From Candidatus Fermentibacteraceae bacterium (GTDB taxonomy: Bacteria; Fermentibacterota; Fermentibacteria; Fermentibacterales; JCC-6), in the NCBI GenBank assembly GCA_016744855.1, contig JADGDO010000017.1, positions 572-64,571 on the forward strand: a stretch of 64,000 nucleotides of DNA. Reading direction: 5' to 3'. The stretch's first letter is position 1, and every line of letters begins with the position of its first letter. A program made the position numbers and the translations under genes. Shown here in pieces: positions 55,058 to 64,000 of the stretch. The notes beneath the pieces are model-generated. The model had not been told where the DNA came from, did no database searches, and saw only the letters and a program-made list of their open reading frames with translations.

Positions 55058-56094
55058 ATAAGGCTGTCCATCCCGGCATTCTTTTTTGCCATTTTCAAAA
55101 ATCTGGCTGAAACAGCCCCAAGTCCGTAAATTGAAAGAATTACAAACATCAGAACAGGACCAGCTTGAAGAAGACCGGAGAACAAAAGCAAAATGAGGAT
55201 TGGAACAAGACCGGCCCACACACTTCCCAGAACCTGACACACCTTTTTCCAGTGATCTGAGTCAGGGGGGAATACACCTTTAAGAATCTTTCCCGAAAAA
55301 CCGTCGACAACAATCCGGTAAGCCTTTTCATTAAGCATGTACTCAACAACCCATAACGGGTAATGAACAAGTTTTTCCCTTGTGCCCGTAACTGCAAGAT
55401 ACATTGAGCGCTGTTCAAGACCGACACCTGAACCGGCAAGAATTCGCTGAATATACTTCTCAGACTCTTCTTTAGCCTGATTTATCGATACTGCAGGATC
55501 CACAACATGTGCTTCTCGAGGGAGAGTTTTGGAATCGAAGATTTTCAATGGTAATCTTGATTCTTTCCCAACAAGTACCATTCCTGAAAGACCCATTTGT
55601 GAAGACGCACCGAGAGAAGGTATACCGAGAGGTTCAAGATGAGCGGCACTCACAACAACTTTGAAACCATTGCTTATCTGATGTTCCTCAGCGCGTATAC
55701 CCTTCCGCTGCTTTATTGTTCTGACTAAATTTGTCTGGGGACCACCTCCCTCGTTATCTGCAGCAGAGATGACTTTGCGTTCTTTATAAACTGGTTTTAC
55801 ACCGAACACATAACCGTCCACGCGGCAAGAAAGAATCCAGAACGGTACATACGATAAAAAAGGCTTTCTTACTCTGCATCCGGAGAAAACTCCTGAAGAC
55901 ATTTCCTCAAGCTTACGACGAACAATCCGAATTGCATCTGTGGAAGTGATTTCCGATTCCAGAATGTATCTGTTAACAACACCTTCAAGAAGCAGAGGAG
56001 TGTCGCAATTAAGACAAACTGTATTTGTGTTTCCTTCGCTCACTTCCAATAGCCCTGCACAGGATGGGCAGGAGAGTGTTAAAAGATCACTCAT
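55054..56094 (-). CDS. zinc-ribbon protein B of the cluster, C-terminal double TM anchor, unknown function
   Basis: MSDLLTLSCPSCAGLLEVSEGNTNTVCLNCDT (CxxC-x14-CxxC). YVPFWIL and HYPLWVVEY...VVDGFSGKI motifs. Hydrophobic tail VWAGLVPILILLLF...VLMFVILSIYGLGAV. GGGAGGGG SD. 8-nt overlap with gene A. Confidence 0.65.
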   Translation of the reverse strand: MSDLLTLSCPSCAGLLEVSEGNTNTVCLNCDTPLLLEGVVNRYILESEITSTDAIRIVRRKLEEMSSGVFSGCRVRKPFLSYVPFWILSCRVDGYVFGVKPVYKERKVISAADNEGGGPQTNLVRTIKQRKGIRAEEHQISNGFKVVVSAAHLEPLGIPSLGASSQMGLSGMVLVGKESRLPLKIFDSKTLPREAHVVDPAVSINQAKEESEKYIQRILAGSGVGLEQRSMYLAVTGTREKLVHYPLWVVEYMLNEKAYRIVVDGFSGKILKGVFPPDSDHWKKVCQVLGSVWAGLVPILILLLFSGLLQAGPVLMFVILSIYGLGAVSARFLKMAKKNAGMDSLI

Positions 56095-56743
56095 CTTTCC
56101 CCTCCCTGCTCGTCAGTTTTTTGAGTAACCTGGGGGCAAGTATGGCGGAGGTCATTCCCAGAACAGAAGCCCAGAAAACGGAAACACCCTTAAGAAGGAA
56201 AAAAACCAGGAGAGTTGGAACAACTGCTATTTTGAAAGCGGACAATGCTTCGCGCAGGGGGTCAAATGAACTTTGTCCATCCGAGTTCGCCGGGGCACCG
56301 GGTATTCTGCCACTGACGCCGTCAACGATAGTACCTAGAGCTGAAGCAGCATTAATCGCTATCCAGAATGGATGGTAGAGTACTCCCGCCTCTCCAACAA
56401 GGTCGGGATCAACTGGAACAATTGTTCCTTCTGCCTCTGCCTCATCCCAGATACGCCGATCGGATGATGGCGGTGAATAGTGTTCCATTTCTGCATAAGG
56501 TTGGGTAAACACCCTATGGAGGGTATCAGGATCGTATGGGAACCAGTAAAGAGAGACAGATGCAACACTGCCGGAGGAGAAAAGACGCAAAACATCATCT
56601 TTGTTCAGCGCGGGTCTATGGAGAAAATTGTTCCCCCTGTAACCGGCAACTACAGATCTGGATCCGCAGTAAAGACATGTGATGTATGCATCCGGAGAAG
56701 TAACGGCGAGAAGAGCTCCACACTGTTTGCACTGAAGTTTCAC
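56087..56743 (-). CDS. zinc-ribbon protein A of the cluster, C-terminal TM anchor, unknown function
   Basis: KLQCKQCGALLAVTSPDAYITCLYCGS (CxxC-x14-CxxC), YHPFWIAI...IVDGVSGRI, and hydrophobic tail IAVVPTLLVFFLL...VFWASVLGMTSAIL. The track start is TTG 56773. GTG 56743, about 10 nt after GGAGG, seems the better start. Confidence 0.6.
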   Translation of the reverse strand: MKLQCKQCGALLAVTSPDAYITCLYCGSRSVVAGYRGNNFLHRPALNKDDVLRLFSSGSVASVSLYWFPYDPDTLHRVFTQPYAEMEHYSPPSSDRRIWDEAEAEGTIVPVDPDLVGEAGVLYHPFWIAINAASALGTIVDGVSGRIPGAPANSDGQSSFDPLREALSAFKIAVVPTLLVFFLLKGVSVFWASVLGMTSAILAPRLLKKLTSREGKDE

Positions 56744-56810
56744 CAGCAAACCACCTCCGAAGAATAGCTGCAACTCCTAGAAAAAAACATAACCGTACTG
56801 ATGTGCTCAG

Positions 56811-56841
56811 CCAGAGGCGACAATTTCATTGCCGCCTCTGG
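56811..56841. other. long hairpin downstream of the carboxypeptidase gene (possible terminator)
   Basis: ccagaggcgacaat-ttc-attgccgcctctgg, with one internal mismatch. The minus-strand T7 run lies about 27 nt further downstream, so this is not a canonical intrinsic terminator. Confidence 0.35.
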
Positions 56842-56849
56842 AATTTAAT

Positions 56850-59072
56850 CTATCTAACTGCAGTGACTACTCTCTGTACAGATACACCAGAAGTTGTTTC
56901 CAATCTTACAAAATGAATACCGGCAGGAACAGACTGGGTATCCCAAATTACATTTCTGTAACCGGATTCGTCGAGAGATGTAGTCAGATCAGCAATTTGC
57001 CTTCCCGATACATCATAAACAGTAAGAGTTGCTGAATCAGCATCTCCCACAGAAATTGTAACTGGAATTGTGGCATGTGCAAAAACCGGGTTAGGTGTGA
57101 TAAGTCCAAGAGATGAAATCTGTGGGGTAACTCCCTCTTCAGCTCCACTAACACCGGTGGTGCTTACCTGTGCACTTACAGCTTCAGAAGCCCATCCGGG
57201 GCCGAAGTCATTATCAATGGTCCAAACTCTGAAGTAAAAATCACCGTTGTTTAGAGCAGTAACATTATACTCTGAAACAGCAAGATCTTCAGCATGGATT
57301 TCGTTGTCTTCCCATACTTCAATCTTGATGTCATCGATGTAAAGCTTGCATGAAGAGCTGCTTCCATAGCTTTCCCAGCGGAACATGACTGTCTGTCCCT
57401 GGAATTCATCCAGCTCATGAATGTTGAAACGCCAGGTCATATCATCACGGCCAAAGGTCTGAAGGTAATACCAGTTAGCACCGGCATCAGGGCTGTATGA
57501 GAATGCTCCCTGGTAACTCTCTGGAGTGATGTCCTGCTCCGACCAGAAACTGATTCTTCCTCCACCATTGGAAGGAATAGTTACAGATTCCTGCCATGTC
57601 ATCTGACCGGTTCCGTTTGAAACATAGCTCTGAGTACCACTGTGATGCTGACTTGTTGTCATTATCCAGCTTACTTTGTCGAAAGGACCACTATCTCCGT
57701 GATCGTCTAGAAGAAGCTGATACTCACTCAGTTTCTGAAGCACATAGGTATCTGCATGAGCTGCATCATTCCAGTTAATTGTAAAAGGAACACTCACGGA
57801 TCCGATATCATCTACAACAGGTACTCCTGGTTCGTGCGGGTCATAGGCACAACCTGCAAGAAGTGCGGTAACCAGATAGCTTCTCAGGTTTCTTCGGGAA
57901 AGTCCCACAACTTCGGATGCTGTTGGCCAGAAGCCAGCATTAGATGTGCCAGTCTCATGGTTCCAGCTCATTGCTCCGTAAAGACCGTAAGCATGATCTC
58001 TTGTATTACCTCCGGAAGCACCGAAGATCGAGGAAGGATAGTGCTCTTCTCCTGTGGCCCACTGAACCATCATCTCGCCCTGAGTACTGTAGGCAGCTGC
58101 GTTAGTTGTTGGGTTGCTTGTGTAGCCCCAGGGGTAGATCAGAACATTGCTGTAGGTGTGAGTGGAATGCATCTGTGTTGGAATATGACCCTGCCAGAAT
58201 GCATCAATGTTCGAACTTTCAGGCTCGGAAAGCGGTCCGGTTCCGCCATAAGTCTGTGAACTTGGTGAACTGCTTGAACCGGCTCCACCCCAGTCGACAG
58301 ACCAATTTCTGTTTAGATCCACTCCATCGCCGCCTGCAGTAAAATTCAGGTTTTTACGATGCATACCACCGCCACCTGGGGATGTTGATTCATTGTATAC
58401 CCAGCCATCAACATTATTCACCGGCAAACACCAGATTTCTCTGTTCTCGAGAATCCAGGTAGCCTGATAGCCGCTGTATCCGTTTCTCTGATAATTAGAG
58501 CAGAGCCACATCATCCAGTACCTGACATTCCTCATCGCTGCACCCTCACGAGCATGAATAAGACCATCATACCATGCATTTGCCATGGAAGGATCATCAT
58601 CGCCAAAACTGTTGTTAACAGAAATCTTAACAACCCTCTGAGGCCGCCCCTGATAGGTGTCACCGATTGATTCAGTGGAAGTAATGGAGGGATTTGCAGC
58701 AACAAGAGAATCTATCCAACCGTCAACTTCATCCCATGTATAAAATCCGCCCATTGAACGGGTTGAACCATTACGGGCCCGGTAGAAACTCTGCATATCA
58801 GCAATTCTCACTGTCGAGGTAAAACCATACTCCAGAAGGCGCTGACGTTCAAATGAATTTGCAACAAAGTCAACTGAGCCATCGTTATAGGTTTGAACAA
58901 TATCAAAACCCATCCTGTCAAACATCTCAGCTTGTCTCTCTGAAGATGGCTGGAAATTCATCAATGAATATATTTCGTTACCATACATAAATCCTGATAT
59001 AATCAACAATATTATCAAATACTTCAAATCAAACCTCCTGTAATAGTATATTCTAACGAGAAAAGCAGTCAT
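56850..59072 (-). CDS. M14 zinc carboxypeptidase with T9SS type-A C-terminal sorting domain
   Basis: M14 features (FYTWDEVDGWIDSL, GLIHAREGAA, HSTHTYSNVLIYPWGY). Additional beta-rich domains. C-terminus LTVYDVSGRQIADL...VPAGIHFVRLETTSGVSVQRVVTAVR. Confidence 0.85.
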   Translation of the reverse strand: MTAFLVRIYYYRRFDLKYLIILLIISGFMYGNEIYSLMNFQPSSERQAEMFDRMGFDIVQTYNDGSVDFVANSFERQRLLEYGFTSTVRIADMQSFYRARNGSTRSMGGFYTWDEVDGWIDSLVAANPSITSTESIGDTYQGRPQRVVKISVNNSFGDDDPSMANAWYDGLIHAREGAAMRNVRYWMMWLCSNYQRNGYSGYQATWILENREIWCLPVNNVDGWVYNESTSPGGGGMHRKNLNFTAGGDGVDLNRNWSVDWGGAGSSSSPSSQTYGGTGPLSEPESSNIDAFWQGHIPTQMHSTHTYSNVLIYPWGYTSNPTTNAAAYSTQGEMMVQWATGEEHYPSSIFGASGGNTRDHAYGLYGAMSWNHETGTSNAGFWPTASEVVGLSRRNLRSYLVTALLAGCAYDPHEPGVPVVDDIGSVSVPFTINWNDAAHADTYVLQKLSEYQLLLDDHGDSGPFDKVSWIMTTSQHHSGTQSYVSNGTGQMTWQESVTIPSNGGGRISFWSEQDITPESYQGAFSYSPDAGANWYYLQTFGRDDMTWRFNIHELDEFQGQTVMFRWESYGSSSSCKLYIDDIKIEVWEDNEIHAEDLAVSEYNVTALNNGDFYFRVWTIDNDFGPGWASEAVSAQVSTTGVSGAEEGVTPQISSLGLITPNPVFAHATIPVTISVGDADSATLTVYDVSGRQIADLTTSLDESGYRNVIWDTQSVPAGIHFVRLETTSGVSVQRVVTAVR

Positions 59073-59197
59073 TATATATAAATACTAAGAGCATCAAAAC
59101 CCAGTAGGCACCTGCTGATTCTAACCAGACATTCTTCGCGTAATTATGTATCTTTGACACATTGGAAAAATCACTTTTATCAACAGTGGAGGTGCAC

Positions 59198-61204
59198 ATG
59201 AAAAGCTTCATGGAAAAAATCAGACAGGGAATCCCATCAGAGATTCCAGACATTCCACCTTCAATTGAAGGCGTAAACAAAGCTCCAGCAAGACCAGACA
59301 TTCTTTCAGTTAAAGAAAAAAGACTCGCACTAAAGAATGCCCTCCGCTACTTCCCGAGAGAATGGCATGAAACTCTAGCAAAGGAATTTGCGGAAGAGTT
59401 AAAAACCACCGGACGCATTTATATGTATCGCTTCCGCCCGACCTATGAGATGTACGCAAGACCGATTAGCGAATATCCTGCTGAAACACCCCAGGCAGCA
59501 GCAATCATGCTTATGATACAGAACAATCTTGATAACGCAGTTGCTCAGCACCCCGAGGAGTTGATCACATACGGTGGAAATGGTACCGTTTTCCAGAACT
59601 GGGCTCAGTATCTGATTACAATGAAGTACCTTTCGGAGATGACTGAGAAGCAGACGCTTGTTCTCTATTCTGGCCATCCTCTCGGGCTTTTTCCCTCTAA
59701 TGAGGATGCACCGAGAGTTGTGGTCACCAACGGAATGGTAATCCCCAATTACAGCTCACAGGATGACTACACCAAAATGGCAGCTCTCGGGGTTACTTCA
59801 TACGGCCAAATGACAGCCGGCAGTTTTATGTACATTGGTCCCCAGGGCATCGTCCACGGAACCACAATTACACTTCTCAATGCCGGGCGTAAATATCTGG
59901 GTACTGGTGACGATGGACTTGCCGGTAAGGTCTATGTTACCAGTGGGTTGGGCGGCATGAGCGGCGCTCAGGCCAAAGCAGCTGTTATTGCCGGAGCTAT
60001 TTGCGTTATAGCAGAGATAAACCCCAAAGCCCTTCAAACAAGGCACGAGCAGGGATGGCTACAGGAGATAGAAGAAGATCTCGACAAGGTCGTCCAGCGA
60101 ATAAAAAATGCAAAAATTGAGGCAAAACCACTCTCTCTCGGATATCTAGGAAACGTTGTCGATCTCTGGGAAAAACTTGCTGAAGAAAACATTAAAATTG
60201 ATCTTGGTAGTGATCAGACAAGCCTTCACAATCCCTGGATGGGAGGATATTATCCGGTCGGATTAACCATTGAAGAAAGCAACCGAATGATGGTTGAAGA
60301 TCAGGAGAGTTTTAAAGAAGCAGTCAGAGTTTCTCTTCGCCGACAGGTAATTGCAATAAACAAACTCTCTGACAGTGGAATGTACTTCTGGGATTACGGC
60401 AACGCATTCCTGCTTGAGGCTTCAAGAGCGGGAGCAGAGGGTATTCTTAAGGAAGATGGAACATTCCTCTACCCCTCTTATGTTGAAGATATCATGGGTC
60501 CTGTATGCTTTGATTACGGCTTCGGTCCATTCCGTTGGGTCTGCACTTCAGGAGACCCGGATGATCTGAGAAAAACCGACAGAATTGCCGCATTTGTACT
60601 CGAAGAGATGGCCAACGAGGCAAGTGAAGAGAACAAACAGCAACTACTCGACAATCTGCTCTGGATCAGACAGGCAGAGAGCAACCGAATGGTGGTCGGT
60701 TCTCAGGCACGAATTCTTTACACCGACTGGTCCGGAAGAATGAAACTTGCACTGGCTTTCAACAGAGCAGTTGCAGACGGAGTAATTTCGGAACCGATAG
60801 TTCTAGGTAGAGATCACCACGATGTTTCCGGTACCGACAGTCCATACAGAGAAACAGCCAACATCCATGATGGATCAATGTTCACTTCAGATATGGCAGT
60901 GCAGAATGTAATCGGGGACTCCTTCAGAGGTGCAACCTGGGTAAGCCTTCATAATGGTGGTGGCGTAGGCTGGGGCGAAGTAGTTAACGGTGGTTTTGGC
61001 ATGCTTCTTGACGGTTCTCCTCAGGCAGACAGGAGAGCAAAGTCAATGCTCTCCTGGGATGTTGGAAATGGTCTTGCCCGCAGAAGCTGGGCAAGGAATG
61101 AAGGAGCAATCTGGGCAATCAAGCAGGCAATGGAGCTTGAGCCTCTTATGCAGGTCACCATTCCTGAGATTGCCGACGACGAGGTTGTAGACCTCTTTGA
61201 GTAG
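59198..61204 (+). CDS. hutU: urocanate hydratase, long form
   Basis: Start at MKSFMEK (GGAGG 6 nt upstream). YGGNGTVFQNWAQY, GLGGMSGAQAKAA, and GRDHHDVSGTDSPYRET. About 668 aa. Confidence 0.9.
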   Translation: MKSFMEKIRQGIPSEIPDIPPSIEGVNKAPARPDILSVKEKRLALKNALRYFPREWHETLAKEFAEELKTTGRIYMYRFRPTYEMYARPISEYPAETPQAAAIMLMIQNNLDNAVAQHPEELITYGGNGTVFQNWAQYLITMKYLSEMTEKQTLVLYSGHPLGLFPSNEDAPRVVVTNGMVIPNYSSQDDYTKMAALGVTSYGQMTAGSFMYIGPQGIVHGTTITLLNAGRKYLGTGDDGLAGKVYVTSGLGGMSGAQAKAAVIAGAICVIAEINPKALQTRHEQGWLQEIEEDLDKVVQRIKNAKIEAKPLSLGYLGNVVDLWEKLAEENIKIDLGSDQTSLHNPWMGGYYPVGLTIEESNRMMVEDQESFKEAVRVSLRRQVIAINKLSDSGMYFWDYGNAFLLEASRAGAEGILKEDGTFLYPSYVEDIMGPVCFDYGFGPFRWVCTSGDPDDLRKTDRIAAFVLEEMANEASEENKQQLLDNLLWIRQAESNRMVVGSQARILYTDWSGRMKLALAFNRAVADGVISEPIVLGRDHHDVSGTDSPYRETANIHDGSMFTSDMAVQNVIGDSFRGATWVSLHNGGGVGWGEVVNGGFGMLLDGSPQADRRAKSMLSWDVGNGLARRSWARNEGAIWAIKQAMELEPLMQVTIPEIADDEVVDLFE

Positions 61205-61295
61205 ATGAAAATGCAGAGGGGCACTCTATTTCACAATAAAAGCTGCTCTGAATAACGTTACGAACAACTGCACAGAGGTTTTCTGTCCGGTTTTT

Positions 61296-61329
61296 TCCCC
61301 CGGGATCAAAACATTGAATCCCGGGGGAT
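61296..61329. terminator. GC-rich hairpin between convergent hutU and beta-propeller genes (weak terminator candidate)
   Basis: tcccccgggat / atcccggggga stem with an 11-12 nt loop. T6 precedes it and TTTCAG follows it on the plus strand. Confidence 0.4.
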
Positions 61330-61370
61330 TTCAGTACCCTATCAAAGAACTATTTGATGAGCAGATGTAC

Positions 61371-62498
61371 CTACAGTGGATACTCAGCATCGATAAGAAT
61401 AACCCTCTGAACCATTCCCTCGTCTTCGTGAACAGCAAGGAAATCCTCACACCAGGGGTTGATGTAAAATGTCAGGAATTCAGTTGCTGGAATGCTCAGA
61501 TCAAGATGAGCCGTATATAGCAGTTCACCCGAGGGAATACTCCAGATATCAAAAACAGGTGTATCCTCTGTCCCTCTAAGCACCCAGAGATTCTCATTCC
61601 ACCCAAGCCAGATCCCGGCAATAGGCTCTCTGAAGCTGTCAGGAGTGTATATCCACTCCATCATGTTGCTTGTGCCCATTCCAGTCAGGTATTCCTCCGT
61701 GTGTTGTTTCTCCAGAGCAATCTCCTGAGCTGTTTTCTCCACAACAGGCAGGTCAAGAGAAAGGGTGTTAAAGGGAACACCCGACGGATCGAAACACTCG
61801 ATTCTGTAATCAGGAGTATGGCGTTTAACCATGTACAGATTTCCATCTAAATCGGCTGTGAAGTAATGGGAAGAAAACGACCTGTTCAGAACATCGTTGT
61901 TGGTCTCCGGGGTAGCTGGAACCGGAATTGAGTCAGTCATGAATTCAGAGATGATATCTCCCTGAAGATCATAGGAAGCGATGAATTTCCTAAGAATAAA
62001 GGAATCTCCTTGAACAAACTCATGCCACTTTACCACAAAAGATTCTGGTCCTGTTACAACATGATCACTGGGCCAATTACCTGCATGGGTAAAAACATGA
62101 CTTAACCATTCTCCGCTGGGACTGTAGTAACCCAGATCAATAATATCCTGAATCAGGAAAGAGCCATCCGGAAAGAAGGCAAGCCAGTGAGGCATACTCA
62201 ACTCGCCAGGCCCGTCCCCACTACCTCCTACAAAACCTGCATAACTCCCATCTGGATAATACTTCTGCAGTTTGGACCGCGACATGTCCAGGATATAGAT
62301 AATACTGTCTGTTCTTGCAGCATCAACAGCGTATCCGAACATAAGGCATGAGTCGCCCAGCTCAACTCCAATTGTATCAGTCATTGTAAGCAGAATGCTC
62401 TCATTTGCGCCGGATTCAGAAACTGCCTCTCCATCTCCACAACCAATCATCAGAAATGAAACCATGACACACAAAGCACCCAATCGACAATACATCAA
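61371..62498 (-). CDS. 6-bladed beta-propeller (NHL/TolB-like) lipoprotein
   Basis: Lipobox FLMIGC. Repeated beta-strand blades (IYILDMSRSKLQKYYPDGSY..., FLIQDIIDLGYYSPSGEW...). Confidence 0.65.
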   Translation of the reverse strand: MMYCRLGALCVMVSFLMIGCGDGEAVSESGANESILLTMTDTIGVELGDSCLMFGYAVDAARTDSIIYILDMSRSKLQKYYPDGSYAGFVGGSGDGPGELSMPHWLAFFPDGSFLIQDIIDLGYYSPSGEWLSHVFTHAGNWPSDHVVTGPESFVVKWHEFVQGDSFILRKFIASYDLQGDIISEFMTDSIPVPATPETNNDVLNRSFSSHYFTADLDGNLYMVKRHTPDYRIECFDPSGVPFNTLSLDLPVVEKTAQEIALEKQHTEEYLTGMGTSNMMEWIYTPDSFREPIAGIWLGWNENLWVLRGTEDTPVFDIWSIPSGELLYTAHLDLSIPATEFLTFYINPWCEDFLAVHEDEGMVQRVILIDAEYPL

Positions 62499-62618
62499 TA
62501 CCCTCCTTAAATTGAAAAGATATATCTACATCCAATCACAGGATCAAAGCAGCTCGGTAAATAAGTAATCCAACGGTGGGTTTATCTATCACTATGGGAA
62601 GTGTTTGGATTAACTTCT

Positions 62619-63983
62619 CTAGTCGATCACCGTGACACACCTGGAAATCATCTGATCTCCTGTTTTTAGAACAACGGCATAAACACCAGTTGGCAAATTG
62701 CCCACTTCAAAGGTGGATGTTCCCTCTTCAGTAAGAGAATATTTCCTGACCACCCTTCCGCAGACATCAAAGATCTCCAAAGAAGCTTCGTTTACATTCG
62801 GGTATTGGTAAGATACCGTGAAAAAATCTGAAGTGGGGCATGGTGAAATCGAGAGATCAAGCAAGGAATTCATCTCAGCAGAAGAATACTCGTCTTCAAT
62901 GCCCACCCAATCTCGATAGATCATCAGATTCAGATCATAGAATTCTGAAGCAAAAACAACGTACAAGTTATCCTCATCGTCAACTGCTATTTTGGGATGA
63001 TGCCCCGTTATGCCTTCCCAGTCGATAACATCGTAGGACCAGACTGAATCTGCCCCAACGGCAAATCTAAGATCCTGGTTCAAATTCTCATTGTAAGCTA
63101 TATAAAAGGTTCCATCAGAACCCATTACCATATCAGCCATAGAAACTGAAGAATCGTCAATAATTGCTGAACCCCAACCGGGACCAGCGTCCCAGGAGTG
63201 GTAGAGAGAAGGGGTGGAACAGATATGAGTCATATCATTGTCATCGACGACAACAGCCCGGCTACTTGCGCCATTTCTAATCTCTTGCGTCCACCACTGA
63301 TTAAGTGCGAACACTGAAAGCATAAGGTCATTGATTGAGTAAGAAATCCTGGGATTGTCCTGATTGTCCAATACTATTTTAGGAAACTTTCCATTTCCAA
63401 AGTCATCTATGACTGACCAGGAAATCCCATTATATCTGTAGTAGCGCATTTCCCATGCATTAGCAATATGCACTGCTATATGGGGATAATCTTGCGAATC
63501 GAGTGCCAGCGAGGCATTTGTGATGTACTCCATGCCCTGTAGAGTAGCGACATTTTCGACAGTCCAAGTTAAATCACTCTGGCGTTCATAAAGATCCATT
63601 GTTTGTGAAGGCCCCGAGTAAGCGAGAACAACTGGTCTACAGTCTGATGTAAGAGCAAGATCAAACCCATAAACTGTGTCAGTAGAAAGAGCTTCATACT
63701 CCCATTCCACTCCATCAAATTCAGCGTAACACACGTTCACACGGTCACTTAAGTTGTGATTAGCAAGGATACAGACAATACCATCATCTTTTACTTCTAA
63801 TCCTGTAGGAACATGATCTTCAGAAAAAGGAACCTCAATATGAGCCCAAGTATCCGAATCGAATTCAGACCCCAGTGCTGATTCACTCTGGAATGAGTAA
63901 GCTCTTGATGCAAGCAGCAAACAGAGTATACACATGAATCTTAAAACAGTACCTTTTCTTGTATCTAATTGTAGTGTCTTCAA
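62619..63983 (-). CDS. secreted beta-propeller-like protein with T9SS type-A C-terminal sorting domain
   Basis: Signal peptide FMCILCLLLASRAYS. Repeated W/Y-rich blades. C-terminus LEIFDVCGRVVRKYSL...LPTGVYAVVLKTGDQMISRCVTVID. Confidence 0.7.
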   Translation of the reverse strand: MKTLQLDTRKGTVLRFMCILCLLLASRAYSFQSESALGSEFDSDTWAHIEVPFSEDHVPTGLEVKDDGIVCILANHNLSDRVNVCYAEFDGVEWEYEALSTDTVYGFDLALTSDCRPVVLAYSGPSQTMDLYERQSDLTWTVENVATLQGMEYITNASLALDSQDYPHIAVHIANAWEMRYYRYNGISWSVIDDFGNGKFPKIVLDNQDNPRISYSINDLMLSVFALNQWWTQEIRNGASSRAVVVDDNDMTHICSTPSLYHSWDAGPGWGSAIIDDSSVSMADMVMGSDGTFYIAYNENLNQDLRFAVGADSVWSYDVIDWEGITGHHPKIAVDDEDNLYVVFASEFYDLNLMIYRDWVGIEDEYSSAEMNSLLDLSISPCPTSDFFTVSYQYPNVNEASLEIFDVCGRVVRKYSLTEEGTSTFEVGNLPTGVYAVVLKTGDQMISRCVTVID

Positions 63984-64000
63984 TGTACTCGATTCTGCCT

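Noticed and set aside
55058-55240. Cys-rich N-terminal extension of ORF 54368..55240 (MSGSGKCVGRSCSN...)
   Set aside because: It fully overlaps the TM-anchor coding end of the upstream gene in another frame. The ATGA-coupled Met at 55057 gives an N-terminus (MRITRLVCSNCGS) parallel to the two paralogues.
1-64000. Search for tRNA, rRNA, riboswitch-like leaders, IS elements, integrases, toxin-antitoxin or defence islands
   Set aside because: Intergenic regions are short, mostly under 200 nt. They show only promoters, SD sites and hairpins. No cloverleaf-like or rRNA-like sequence and no transposase, integrase or phage-type ORFs were recognised by eye. A covariance-model scan (tRNAscan/Infernal) would be needed for certainty.

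Overview
This is a densely coding 64-kb bacterial chromosomal window with about 60 protein genes. Most lie on the minus strand in long co-directional arrays with overlapping or abutting stop/start codons, and AGGAG-type Shine-Dalgarno sites are visible. Three secreted proteins end in T9SS type-A C-terminal sorting domains, which suggests an FCB-group-like (possibly candidate-phylum) organism; this is inference only.

Content by region:
- RNA modification and cell envelope: truA, rluD, parvulin PPIase, SPOR lipoprotein, mltG, ruvX.
- Glycolytic and aromatic block: DAHP synthase, PFK, GAPDH, and a fused PGK-TPI.
- Stress, transport and small enzymes: an SPFH protein with three C-terminal zinc ribbons, a NatAB-like ABC exporter, and several small enzymes and DUF proteins.
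- Central metabolism: two-subunit class I fumarase plus malic enzyme.
- Signalling and metal handling: two large PAS-rich hybrid histidine kinases flanking an ArsR/permease-HMA metal module.
- Peptidases and pyrimidines: a GATase-PepD-dehydrogenase-DUF4954 operon, pepT, and pyrBI preceded by an HTH-EIIA-like gene.
- DNA repair and histidine use: yebC-ruvCAB-queH and a long-form urocanase.

I recognised no rRNA, tRNA, CRISPR array, transposase, integrase or phage genes.

The best candidate for an undescribed system is a translationally coupled triad of paralogous CxxC-x14-CxxC zinc-ribbon proteins at 54.4-56.8 kb, two of them membrane-anchored, which I cannot place in any named family. Secondary leads:
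- an adenylating ligase carrying a chorismate-mutase-like tail, 1 nt upstream of a bare DAHP synthase;
- the SPFH/triple zinc-ribbon gene with its coupled helical partner;
- several DUF-containing operons.

All family assignments come from motif recognition by eye. No searches were run.
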